39,545 nucleotides of DNA, from the UHGV virus genome UHGV-0207529. One strand, 5' to 3'. The notes beneath the pieces were generated by a model, which was not told the origin of the DNA, made no database searches, and saw only the letters and a program-made list of their open reading frames with translations. Positions 1 through 8,359 of this stretch are shown piece by piece; the stretch's first letter is position 1; every line of letters begins with the position of its first letter. The translations under genes and the position numbers were made by a program. This stretch comes from a virus.

Positions 1-36
1 ATACATAGCTGCGGCTATCAAGATGGAGGTATGTTT

Positions 37-480
37 ATGCTCACTTGTTTTGATGTCGCCGACTACTTCTTGGCGCATTGCGATGAAGAAAGTGGCGACA
101 TTATCTCTAACCTAAAAATTCAGAAGTTGACGTATTATGCCCAAGGGTTTTCTCTGGTTCTTCTGGGTAAACCGCTATTTAATGAGAAAATTGAAGCCTG
201 GATGCATGGGCCAGTAGTTCCTGAATTGTATCGTAAATATAGGGACTGTGGTAACGGAGCTTTACCTGCGCCAGAAAACTTTGACGCTAAAAAATTCAGT
301 GAAGATGAAATTGAATTGCTGGATGAGGTGTATAAAGTTTATGGTCAGTTTTCTGCCTGGAAACTGCGCAATATGACTCACGAAGAGCAGCCATGGAAAG
401 ATGCTTACATTGAGGGTGCGGTTAGCCAAGAAATCACACTTGATTCTATGAAAGGTTTTTTCAAAACGTTAATTAACTGA
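37..480 (+). CDS. Panacea-domain (DUF4065, SocA/GepA-like) putative antitoxin
   Basis: Translation has the motif pattern I recall for DUF4065 (LKIQKLTYYAQGFSLVLLGKPLFNEKIEAWMHGPVVPELYRKY). GGAGG lies 8 nt before the ATG at 37 (third codon of the track ORF 31..480). Confidence 0.6.
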   Translation: MLTCFDVADYFLAHCDEESGDIISNLKIQKLTYYAQGFSLVLLGKPLFNEKIEAWMHGPVVPELYRKYRDCGNGALPAPENFDAKKFSEDEIELLDEVYKVYGQFSAWKLRNMTHEEQPWKDAYIEGAVSQEITLDSMKGFFKTLIN

Positions 481-485
481 CGTGT

Positions 486-908
486 ATGTCTAGAGTTAAG
501 GGAAGAATAAAACAGAGGGATAAAGAGAGCTCTGCTACTGTTGGCCTCTCTATCCATCACGAATCTCATGATGTAGACAAAAGTCCGCCTGTATTTTCTC
601 TTAGATACCTACAAAAGGGGTATTGCCTAGATTGCTGCCAAAAGCATGAAAAGGCAGCATTTGCAGATAGGCTGTTCAGGTTAAGTCAGATGTCATGGGA
701 TGAGATACGAAAATCTGATAAACACGGGCTTGGGACGGAAAAAATTGCCAGAAACGCGATAAAGGCTCCGATTCCTAAGCATGTTACTCAAGATGTGGAT
801 TTCATTGCGTTCAGATTTTGCTCTAAGGCACCTATGGTTGGTTATAAGATAGGAGCCACTTTTTATGTCTTATGGCTCGACAGGGAGTTCAAGCTATACA
901 AGCACTAA
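486..908 (+). CDS. Hypothetical 140-aa protein, candidate toxin/effector partner of the Panacea-domain gene
   Basis: Starts 5 nt after the upstream stop and shares its terminator; no family recognised. C-terminal R-x6-H (DREFKLYKH) is only a weak HEPN-like hint. Confidence 0.45.
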   Translation: MSRVKGRIKQRDKESSATVGLSIHHESHDVDKSPPVFSLRYLQKGYCLDCCQKHEKAAFADRLFRLSQMSWDEIRKSDKHGLGTEKIARNAIKAPIPKHVTQDVDFIAFRFCSKAPMVGYKIGATFYVLWLDREFKLYKH

Positions 909-912
909 TAAA

Positions 913-936
913 ACCCACCGTCAGGTGGGTTTTTTG
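913..936. terminator. Bidirectional rho-independent terminator
   Basis: Hairpin acccacc-gtca-ggtgggt followed by a T-run on the + strand and preceded by an A-run; sits between convergent genes. Confidence 0.6.
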
Positions 937-951
937 TTGGAGATAAAATGG

Positions 952-1155
952 TTAACCAAATCGATCCTTAAAGCGCCTATCGCTGTTGCGTCTCTCCATT
1001 TTACTGTTGCAGTACGGACAAAGATGCTGTTTCTTTCCATCGATAGTCCATGTGAAGTACTTTTTCTTAAATCCAGCACCACAGATATCGCAACTTCTTG
1101 GTTTAAACATACTGGCTATGAAGATAAGAACAACAAATCCTATGATCCATTCCAT
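952..1155 (-). CDS. Small membrane-anchored zinc-ribbon protein (hypothetical)
   Basis: 67-aa ORF with a hydrophobic N-terminal segment and CxxC...CxxC cysteines. Confidence 0.4.
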   Translation of the reverse strand: MEWIIGFVVLIFIASMFKPRSCDICGAGFKKKYFTWTIDGKKQHLCPYCNSKMERRNSDRRFKDRFG

Positions 1156-1296
1156 ATCATGTACCTGTTTTAACTTTATTTTTTGATTTTTAGGGATTAA
1201 TCAGAAACTTTATCTTGCGATTAAGCAAAGCTACTAGCTAACAAAAGAGTGCGTATACAATCAATCGTTTCACATCAACCTCAACAAGGAGAAATC

Positions 1297-1482
1297 ATGA
1301 CCATAGAAGAACGCCTGAACAACATTGAGTTGAACCAAACCTTGCTTGACCAGCGACTTTCAGATCTTGAGCTTAAAGATCTAGATGCGCAAATATCGGA
1401 AGCAGAAGCCAAGCTCTCCAGCCTAAACCACCGCAAGAAGCAAATCCGCAACAGAATTACTCAGGGACGCGGAAGCTGTTGA
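1297..1482 (+). CDS. Hypothetical small coiled-coil protein
   Basis: Internal ATG of track ORF 1249..1482, preceded by AGGAGA; heptad-like leucine spacing. Confidence 0.35.
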   Translation: MTIEERLNNIELNQTLLDQRLSDLELKDLDAQISEAEAKLSSLNHRKKQIRNRITQGRGSC

Positions 1483-1666
1483 GGTGGGATGCTAGGTCTC
1501 TATCGTTAAAATCAAGGCTGCTAATCATTTCATTGTAAATGGCGTTTTTATCTTCCATTGGCAGTCTTGAGTAAACCAGACACAGAGCATATTTCAGGGA
1601 GTTTAGCTCTTTCTCTAGCTCTTCCTTGCTTGACGTTTTTGACTTAATAAACTGTTTTTTATTCAT
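1457..1666 (-). CDS. Hypothetical protein co-transcribed downstream of mnt
   Basis: 69-aa ORF whose start overlaps the mnt stop (translational coupling). Confidence 0.4.
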   Translation of the reverse strand: MNKKQFIKSKTSSKEELEKELNSLKYALCLVYSRLPMEDKNAIYNEMISSLDFNDRDLASHLNSFRVPE

Positions 1667-1911
1667 TTTGCATCCTTACCATACATGGTCTTTAGCGTCT
1701 CAAGCAGCGCCTCTTTGAATTTGTCAGCTTCTTGCTGAGCAAATGACTCAACTGACTTTGGCGACCTATCTTCATCAATCGCGGCTTGCAAAATCATGAC
1801 GATCTCGGAGTTAACAGAGCGACCATTTTTTGATGCTCTGACAGCAAGAGCCTCGCGTAAAGATTCAGGGATTCTTACCGTAGTTGGAGAAATTGACACA
1901 CCCTTTGCCAT
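1663..1911 (-). CDS. mnt: Mnt-like ribbon-helix-helix repressor (immI)
   Basis: 82 aa; same length class and RHH pattern as P22 Mnt as I recall it (NGRSVNSEI...); divergent from arc. Confidence 0.8.
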   Translation of the reverse strand: MAKGVSISPTTVRIPESLREALAVRASKNGRSVNSEIVMILQAAIDEDRSPKSVESFAQQEADKFKEALLETLKTMYGKDAK

Positions 1912-2025
1912 ATCACACCTTTGGTATTCAATTTGATATCAAAGTGTATGCAAAAAAATTTTGACTAGATATACTCACTTTGCTATCTTTTGTATTCGAA
2001 AAGAGTTGTTTGTGTGGAGGGTAAC
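1912..2025. promoter_or_regulatory. immI divergent promoter/operator region between mnt and arc
   Basis: Intergenic between divergent RHH repressor genes; contains a perfect 12-bp palindrome tttgatatcaaa and a TTGACT -35-like hexamer. Confidence 0.4.
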
Positions 2026-2178
2026 ATGGAGAAAGAAATAAGTAAGATTTTGGTAAGGATGCCGCAGTCGTTAAAGGATGCTATCGGTAGCAGGGCAAAG
2101 GAAGAGTGCAGGTCGTTTAACTCAGAGGTTATCAAGCGCCTGATAGACAGCCTGAAGAGAGAGGGGGTGATGGTATGA
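2026..2178 (+). CDS. arc: Arc-like ribbon-helix-helix repressor (immI)
   Basis: 50 aa from internal ATG with GGAGGG SD; matches the P22 Arc pattern (MPQ...RSxNSE...EG). Confidence 0.8.
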   Translation: MEKEISKILVRMPQSLKDAIGSRAKEECRSFNSEVIKRLIDSLKREGVMV

Positions 2179-2378
2179 GTAAAGAATGTTGTTTCTGCGG
2201 CATTAGCGAATCAGACGCTGATCAAACATACATTTACTCTAAAGAAACAGGTCGGATGCTGTGTAGTGACTGCGTGTTGGACATCATAAGATACAAGCAT
2301 CTTGGATGTTCTGCCAGCATTAGCAATATAGGTGAAGTATACGAAGGGAAAGATATAACTGATAGAGCAGAAAGTTGA
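2175..2378 (+). CDS. Small Cys-rich (CCxC...CxxC) protein inserted between arc and ant
   Basis: 67-aa ORF overlapping the arc stop (ATGA); putative zinc-binding cysteines. Confidence 0.45.
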   Translation: MSKECCFCGISESDADQTYIYSKETGRMLCSDCVLDIIRYKHLGCSASISNIGEVYEGKDITDRAES

Positions 2379-2441
2379 AGCCCCAACTGCGGGAACAGTC
2401 AGGGCTTCGGTATCGTAAAACCACGCATAGGAATTAACGAC

Positions 2442-3365
2442 ATGAAAAGTATAGCAACAGCAGTATCTACTATCAATGTACCATTCCACGGCGCAGAGCT
2501 TTATGTTGTCAATCACAACGGCGAACCGTATACCCCAATGAAACCTATCGTTGAGGGAATGGGGCTAGACTGGAAATCTCAACATAAGAAGATTTCTCAA
2601 CGCTTCTCGAAGGGTATGGTGGAAATAACCATACCTTCTGCCGGTGGGGTGCAAGCCATGATTTGTATGGCTTTACGAAAATTGGCAGCTTGGTTGAACA
2701 GCATCAGTCCTAACAAAGTCCGCCCTGAAATCCGCGACAAGGTAATCCAGTATCAGGAAGAGTGTGACGATGTGCTATACGAGTACTGGACTAAAGGCCA
2801 TGTAGTTAACCCACGCAAAGCTAAAAAGGCGTTGCCGGGTAAAATCACCACTGAGCAGCAGAAAGCCATTAAACAACTCGTCATGAGTCGCGGTCAGTCT
2901 CTGCCAAAAGAAAAACAGGCTAAGGCGATGATCACCATGTGGTCGTCACTGAAATCTCATTTTGGGTGTTCATACAAAGAAATCAGTGAGGAGCAGTTTG
3001 CCGAAGCACTGTCACTTGCAGCTCGAGTTCCACTTGAAGGCGAGTTTATCGGCAAACAAGAGAAGAAAACCAACGAGCTTTCTGCAAAAGAAGCAAACAG
3101 CCTTGTATGGTTATGGGATTATGCCAACCGCTCACAGGCGTTATTCCGCGAACTGTATCCGGCATTAAAACAAATTCAATCGAACTATTCCGGCAGATGC
3201 TACGACTATGGTCATGAGTTCTCGTATGTTATCGGAATGGCGAGAGACGTTTTAATCAATCACACACGAGATGTTGATATCAATGAGCCAGACGGACCAA
3301 CGAATCTTTCCGCATGGATGAGACTTAAGAATAAAGAATTACCTCCTTCAGTACATAACTACTGA
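2442..3365 (+). CDS. ant: Antirepressor Ant
   Basis: 307 aa, immediately downstream of mnt/arc as in P22 immI; size matches P22 Ant (about 300 aa). Confidence 0.8.
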   Translation: MKSIATAVSTINVPFHGAELYVVNHNGEPYTPMKPIVEGMGLDWKSQHKKISQRFSKGMVEITIPSAGGVQAMICMALRKLAAWLNSISPNKVRPEIRDKVIQYQEECDDVLYEYWTKGHVVNPRKAKKALPGKITTEQQKAIKQLVMSRGQSLPKEKQAKAMITMWSSLKSHFGCSYKEISEEQFAEALSLAARVPLEGEFIGKQEKKTNELSAKEANSLVWLWDYANRSQALFRELYPALKQIQSNYSGRCYDYGHEFSYVIGMARDVLINHTRDVDINEPDGPTNLSAWMRLKNKELPPSVHNY

Positions 3366-3384
3366 CAGATAACCAACGCAACGA

Positions 3385-3407
3385 CCCAGCTTCGGCTGGG
3401 TTTTTTT
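3385..3407 (+). terminator. Rho-independent terminator after ant
   Basis: Hairpin cccagc-ttcg-gctggg followed by TTTTTTT. Confidence 0.65.
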
Positions 3408-3465
3408 ATGCCCAAAATTCACCGTGGCCATGCTGCGGCGATTTCTTGTATCTGGAGCAAATTAA

Positions 3466-5523
3466 ATGACAGACATTACAGCCAATGTTGTGGTAAGCAT
3501 GCCTTCGCAACTCTTCACTATGGCGCGTTCTTTTAAAGCCGTAGCTAATGGCAAAATTTATATCGGTAAAATTGACACTGACCCTGTAAATCCTGAAAAC
3601 CAGATTCAGGTTTATGTGGAAAACGAAGACTGTTCTCACGTTCCTGTTTCGCAACCAATCATCATTAACGCTGCTGGTTACCCTGTATATAACGGACAGA
3701 TTGCCAAATTCGTTACTGTACAGGGCCATTCTATGGCTGTTTATGATGCGTACGGTGTGCAGCAGTTCTATTTTCCGAATGTGCTGAAGTATGACCCGGA
3801 TCAGTTAAGACAAGAGTTAGCAACAGAGGGTAATGAAATACTTGTTGACGACTCCCGTATTGCAGTTAAAAGTGTTCATGTAAATTCAAAACTTAGAACA
3901 CAGCACAATAAAAACGCAGAAATAATCACGCCAAATGATTTTATATCAAATTATGACATGATATCTGCAGCTATTAACTCTGGAGAGAGTGCCGCAGTAT
4001 TTAATTCCAGGTATGCATTCACAATAACAGTTGGGGAATATGGTAATTTTAAATCTATTAGTGATGCTCTAAACTCAGCTGTTGCACTGCGTCCACTATG
4101 GAAAAATGGCATTGATTTTTGCATAATTAAAATTCTTTCCGGTTTTGTGCTCAATGAGCAAATAGAAATTTCAGCAGGATGTGACTTATCATGGATTAAA
4201 ATAATATCAGAAGACTCAGTGGTTTTCTCTGATACCAGTTTGTTTACTAAAACTGTTAGGACGTATTACGAATACAAATATTTATTTTACATTTGCGATG
4301 CAGCAAAAAGTCCTGTATTTGCTATTCAGATTGAAGAAAATAGAGATGATAGCGATGTTTGTGCATTTATTGTAACTCAAAAAGCTGAACTTAATTTCTA
4401 TCCGTATTCAGGTGCTCGAAAGTTCTACGTTGGAATTCATGGTAGCTTTGGTGCAAAAATTAGTGCATATCATACCGGATGTGCTCCTGATGAGGAAAGT
4501 GTTGCTGCATATATGCCAGAAGGGTATTACGTATGTGATTTTTCTTATAGCAGATACTCTTCCCTGCAACTGGTAAATAATGTCAAGGCATCAATGCCTG
4601 TAAGTAAGTTTGAACGGTGCACAGAGAGTACGGTTGCGTCAGTTAATTGTATTTATAATGTTAAAGCAGATTTTCAGGGGTCAAGTGCAAGCTATTGTTA
4701 TATAGGATGGAATGTAAGAGATGGTTCAAATGTTAATATACGCGACCATAAAACTATACATTGCTCATATCGTGGATTAACGTGCATTCATACAGCATAT
4801 GTTGATGCAAGACGACATGACGTTGAAGAAAGTGATGCAGAAACAAGTGGTAAAGTCCTTGAACCAAATATTGAAAAAGGTTTTTATGGATGTGCACTTG
4901 GTGTGCGTATTGATGGTGCGGGTTGTGTTGATGTTGCTGGTAATGATATGCGCAATTGTGGAACAGCCGTTAATGCAGACACTGGTGCTGTTATTTCCGG
5001 AAAGGCTGTAGATATCTCAGGGGTTGAGCTGGGATTTGATTGCCATGCAGGAGCATCTGTTAATTTTCCAAGGCTATGGGGTACAGATATAAAAAAATTA
5101 ATGCACCTCCAAGATGGTGTAAGGTTTAACTCTAATATTTGTCATGTATTTGGTGCAAATCCCACAAAAGATATTAGATGGATTGATGTAGAGAGATCTG
5201 AAGCTTCTTTTATGAATGCAACGCTGGATGCAGATTCAGGATTTATTGCTGACTGTGGTAGTAGGATAACCATTGAAGGAAGTAAAGTTAAAAACCAAAC
5301 AATAAGAAGTTTTTTTGGATCACATGTGGCTATAAATAATACTGTTGCTGACAGAACTTATTCAGATATAGCCGATGTTCCGCAGTTGACTATTAGTGGA
5401 GGATCTTTTATTTCTGCTACAGGATATTCTAATTCTGACTCCAGCCCTCTTAGGTTGAGCACAACACGAAATACACTTGGAGTTGGAGGAGCCATATTTT
5501 CAACCAATGGGGAAGTTTCATGA
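3466..5523 (+). CDS. Tailspike: P22 gp9-type N-terminal head-binding domain with a divergent receptor-binding domain
   Basis: N-terminus [34 protein letters not shown]...VLKYDPDQ matches the P22-family tailspike head-binding domain; the remaining ~570 aa are AT-rich and not P22-like. Confidence 0.9.
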   Translation: MTDITANVVVSMPSQLFTMARSFKAVANGKIYIGKIDTDPVNPENQIQVYVENEDCSHVPVSQPIIINAAGYPVYNGQIAKFVTVQGHSMAVYDAYGVQQFYFPNVLKYDPDQLRQELATEGNEILVDDSRIAVKSVHVNSKLRTQHNKNAEIITPNDFISNYDMISAAINSGESAAVFNSRYAFTITVGEYGNFKSISDALNSAVALRPLWKNGIDFCIIKILSGFVLNEQIEISAGCDLSWIKIISEDSVVFSDTSLFTKTVRTYYEYKYLFYICDAAKSPVFAIQIEENRDDSDVCAFIVTQKAELNFYPYSGARKFYVGIHGSFGAKISAYHTGCAPDEESVAAYMPEGYYVCDFSYSRYSSLQLVNNVKASMPVSKFERCTESTVASVNCIYNVKADFQGSSASYCYIGWNVRDGSNVNIRDHKTIHCSYRGLTCIHTAYVDARRHDVEESDAETSGKVLEPNIEKGFYGCALGVRIDGAGCVDVAGNDMRNCGTAVNADTGAVISGKAVDISGVELGFDCHAGASVNFPRLWGTDIKKLMHLQDGVRFNSNICHVFGANPTKDIRWIDVERSEASFMNATLDADSGFIADCGSRITIEGSKVKNQTIRSFFGSHVAINNTVADRTYSDIADVPQLTISGGSFISATGYSNSDSSPLRLSTTRNTLGVGGAIFSTNGEVS

Positions 5524-5819
5524 TTAAGAGCATTGATGTCACTCCATTTCTTCACTCGCTTTGCGCTTTTGCGGCTCAGGTACTGGTTGGTATTTTTACC
5601 GGAAACTGGGCTTACGGTGCGATAGCCGGTTGTACGTTCTTCATTGCGCGTGAACACACCCAGGCAGAATATCGCTGGATAGAAAAGTTTGGGAAAGGGA
5701 AACGTGTCAACATGCCGTGGTGGGGAGGTTTTGATCCACGCGTGTGGGATGTGGGAAGTTTGTTGGATTTTTCTTTCCCAATTATCGGATGCTTATTGGT
5801 ATGGATTCTTGCATCGTAG
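5520..5819 (+). CDS. Small hydrophobic membrane protein (moron) coupled to the tailspike gene
   Basis: 99-aa ORF overlapping the tailspike stop (ATGA); several hydrophobic segments. Confidence 0.45.
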   Translation: MIKSIDVTPFLHSLCAFAAQVLVGIFTGNWAYGAIAGCTFFIAREHTQAEYRWIEKFGKGKRVNMPWWGGFDPRVWDVGSLLDFSFPIIGCLLVWILAS

Positions 5820-5910
5820 CGAACACATAATTACCGATGAGACAAAACTGAGACACACAAAGCTTTGCACTGGATTGCAAGGCTTTGTGCTCTTCGGTAT
5901 TTAAGGTGGG

Positions 5911-7068
5911 TTACTCCACCTTTTCATCAAGCCAGTCCGCCCACCACTGCATCATTTCTCTGCGCTTATCGAGATACTGAGCATGGTTGTAAATACCACG
6001 CACAGATCCGCCGTTGGCATGTGCCAGTTGCACTTCAATAGCGTCAGCAGGCCATTCGTGCTCGTTCATAATCGTGCTGAATTCATGCCTGAATCCGTGA
6101 CCGCTTTCCAGACCCTCATAGCCGATTTGTTTGATCACAAGCAGTACAGCGTTCTCGCAAATTGGCTTCTTCTTATCGTTGCGCCCGGCAAAAACAAATT
6201 CTGATACTGGTTTAGTGATGGAGCTTAGCGTAGTGAGAAGTTCAACCACCTGGTCTGACATCGGGACCACATGAATTTTGCGTCCCTTCATCACACTGGC
6301 GTCGATGGTGATAATCCTGTTTTCAAAATCGACGTTCTTCCATAGCATGGAACGAAGCTCTTTCGTTCTTAGGGCTGTGTAGCGTAAAACTTTGGTCGCA
6401 ATGAGCGATACGATACTTCCTGAAAATGTTGCCAGTGCTTTGTTGAATGCAGGGATCTGGTCTGCTGGAAGAAACGGGAAGTTCTTCTTGCGGTATCCTT
6501 TCATGGCGTCTGCAAGGTCAGGTGCCGGGTTATATTTAGCCCTTCCGGTGACAATAGCGTAACGGAAAACCTCGCCGCATCTTCTGCGGGCTTTGTTGGC
6601 TCGCTCCATTGCACCGCGATCTTCAAATCTGCGGATTACTTCCAGCAGTTGCATCGGCTCAATATCCTGAATCTCAAGACCGCCGATGATAGGTAAAATG
6701 TCGTCATCAAACATTTTTGCAAGTTCAGTTGCATATCCTACTGACCAGACTTGCTTCTTGTGCTCGTACCATTCCTTGTAAATCGCACTAAAGGAATTGT
6801 TGTTAGACGAAGCCTTTTTCGCTTTTACCGGATCGATGCCAACCGAGATGTCTTTCCTCGCAGTCCATGCTTTATCCCTTGCCTCCTGCAAAGTCATAAG
6901 TGGATATTTTCCGACGGTCAGGATTTTCTCCTTACCGTCAATCTTGTAGCGAAGCTGCCATACCTTTTTCCCTGACACAGGGACATAAAGGTACAGGCCA
7001 TTACCATCGAGAAGGCGGTATGGTTTTTCTTTCGGCTTTGCTGCTTCAATCTGCTTAACGGTGAGCAT
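5911..7068 (-). CDS. int: Tyrosine integrase, P4-like
   Basis: N-terminus IEAAKPKEKPYRLLDGNGLYLYV typical of P4-type integrases; C-terminal HGFRH and catalytic Tyr region (VRGIYNHAQYL). The track ORF extends to a GTG at 7104; the ATG at 7068 (MLTVKQ) is preferred. Confidence 0.85.
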   Translation of the reverse strand: MLTVKQIEAAKPKEKPYRLLDGNGLYLYVPVSGKKVWQLRYKIDGKEKILTVGKYPLMTLQEARDKAWTARKDISVGIDPVKAKKASSNNNSFSAIYKEWYEHKKQVWSVGYATELAKMFDDDILPIIGGLEIQDIEPMQLLEVIRRFEDRGAMERANKARRRCGEVFRYAIVTGRAKYNPAPDLADAMKGYRKKNFPFLPADQIPAFNKALATFSGSIVSLIATKVLRYTALRTKELRSMLWKNVDFENRIITIDASVMKGRKIHVVPMSDQVVELLTTLSSITKPVSEFVFAGRNDKKKPICENAVLLVIKQIGYEGLESGHGFRHEFSTIMNEHEWPADAIEVQLAHANGGSVRGIYNHAQYLDKRREMMQWWADWLDEKVE

Positions 7069-7323
7069 GGGTAAAAATCCGGTGGGTAAAATTATTTTAT
7101 CCACTTTTTACCCGTCATGGAGTGCGGCTGTCAACGATCTGACGCGAACCATTACGAACTGTTAATCTACGGAAGGCTTGATATTCAGGGGATTTTGCGG
7201 ACTGGTACGGATGGGAGCGAACTGATAAATGGTGTCCCCTGCAGACATCTACTTGAGGCGGCAGGGGATTGATTGGAATGGTGTTTTTTAGATGTGAAAA
7301 ATATTTTACCCGCTATTTTACCC
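7069..7323. repeat. Integrase arm-type site candidates (TTTTACCC / GGGTAAAA 8-mers)
   Basis: Five copies: GGGTAAAA at about 7069 and 7084, TTTTACCC at about 7106, 7304 and 7316, bracketing the core at 7230-7244. Confidence 0.5.
7230..7244 (-). other. attP core matching the 3' end of tRNA-Arg (argW)
   Basis: Minus-strand CTGCAGGGGACACCA matches the acceptor stem, discriminator and CCA end of E. coli argW as I recall it; flanked by arm-type repeats. Confidence 0.55.
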
Positions 7324-7518
7324 ATTGGCGCGGCTTAAGAGCTTATTTTTGAATTCACAATGGTCACGATATAACCATCTTGCTCGACCGTGGATAACTT
7401 TGGCTTTAGGCAGGTCGCCGGACTTAATCCGGTCGTAGATGAAGGTTTTACCAAAGCCAGTATCAGCCATGATGAATTTCAAATCAACCAGTGAATCAGG
7501 TTGTAGTTCGTGTTGCAT
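7318..7518 (-). CDS. AlpA-family excisionase/regulator
   Basis: 66 aa with the AlpA-like HTH pattern (TGFGKTFIYDRIKSGDLPKA...GRARW); GGAGA SD upstream. Confidence 0.65.
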   Translation of the reverse strand: MQHELQPDSLVDLKFIMADTGFGKTFIYDRIKSGDLPKAKVIHGRARWLYRDHCEFKNKLLSRANG

Positions 7519-7564
7519 GAGTGCTATCTCCGAATAGGGAATCGAACCTGCAAATCAGGCAATA

Positions 7565-7590
7565 AAAAACCGCATTGATGCGGCGATGGT
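7565..7590 (-). terminator. Rho-independent terminator (minus strand)
   Basis: Hairpin ccgcat-tga-tgcgg with a T-run on the minus strand. Confidence 0.45.
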
Positions 7591-7638
7591 AGATCTGGAT
7601 ATCTTGAGAAATGAACAGGCCTCATCGAGTGTGAGGCG

Positions 7639-7983
7639 TTAGTCCTTGCGTAGCTCGCTGATTCTTCTGTAAGTCTCTGGTGCTTTGTTCCCGTACGCCT
7701 TCATTTCAGACTTCAACAGGGCAACGAGTGAATCCCATTCGTTGAGGATTCCTTTGAATGCCGGAACGCGCTTTGCAACCTTGTCGAATGAATCTCTGAT
7801 TTCTGGAATCTGCTCAACAAGTGCAACGCATCGTCTGAAATCGGCTGCGTCATGTGGAGCACCGAAGCTATGACCATAGATATTCTTTTTCAGTCCACAT
7901 GCGATTGAGGCAAGAGTTGCGCTACTGATGCCAACATCGCCAGTCGATTGCCATTTCAAAACCTTCATAGCCAAATCTGACAT
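7639..7983 (-). CDS. Hypothetical early-left protein
   Basis: Internal ATG (MSDLAMKVL) with GGAGA SD within track ORF 7639..8010. Confidence 0.5.
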   Translation of the reverse strand: MSDLAMKVLKWQSTGDVGISSATLASIACGLKKNIYGHSFGAPHDAADFRRCVALVEQIPEIRDSFDKVAKRVPAFKGILNEWDSLVALLKSEMKAYGNKAPETYRRISELRKD

Positions 7984-8083
7984 TTCTTGTCTCCAATAAA
8001 AAACCGCCATCAGGCGGCTTGGTGTTCTTTCAGTTCTTCAATTCGAATATTGGTTACATTGTTTTCATATATGAATAAATAAA

Positions 8084-8263
8084 TTAGCTTTTTTCGTTGC
8101 CTTCGCGTTCTTTATTAATTTTGACAAACTCGTTTTTACCACGCTCTCCAAATGCGTCTTTAGAGTCGTTGTATCCGCAATCGCAGCACACATAATCACC
8201 AGACCATCCACGCATTGTTTTTTCTTTTGCAATATTTCCAGAACCGCATTTTGGACAAGACAT
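8084..8263 (-). CDS. Small zinc-ribbon protein (hypothetical)
   Basis: MSCPKCGSG...CCDCG double CxxC motif; internal start of the track ORF. Confidence 0.45.
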   Translation of the reverse strand: MSCPKCGSGNIAKEKTMRGWSGDYVCCDCGYNDSKDAFGERGKNEFVKINKEREGNEKS

Positions 8264-8359
8264 ATCACTACCTCCAAAGCATGAGTGAGATGACAACGTA
8301 ACATTGATTGGAGATTAACAATAGATTGCTGATGTAAAAGATATGTATAAGCTTCGCTT

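Noticed and set aside
2211-2516. 101-aa minus-strand ORF spanning the arc-ant interval
   Set aside because: Antisense to the Cys-rich ORF and the ant start; no SD. A short antisense RNA here is not excluded, but a protein is unlikely.
3406-3729. 107-aa minus-strand ORF overlapping the tailspike start
   Set aside because: Antisense to the conserved head-binding domain coding sequence and overlapping the ant terminator; no SD.
7520-7560. GGTTCGATTCC T-loop-like motif on the minus strand next to the AlpA-like gene, considered as a tRNA remnant or alternative att core
   Set aside because: The flanking bases do not form a T-stem or acceptor stem, whereas the 7230-7244 core matches a tRNA 3' end and is flanked by arm repeats.
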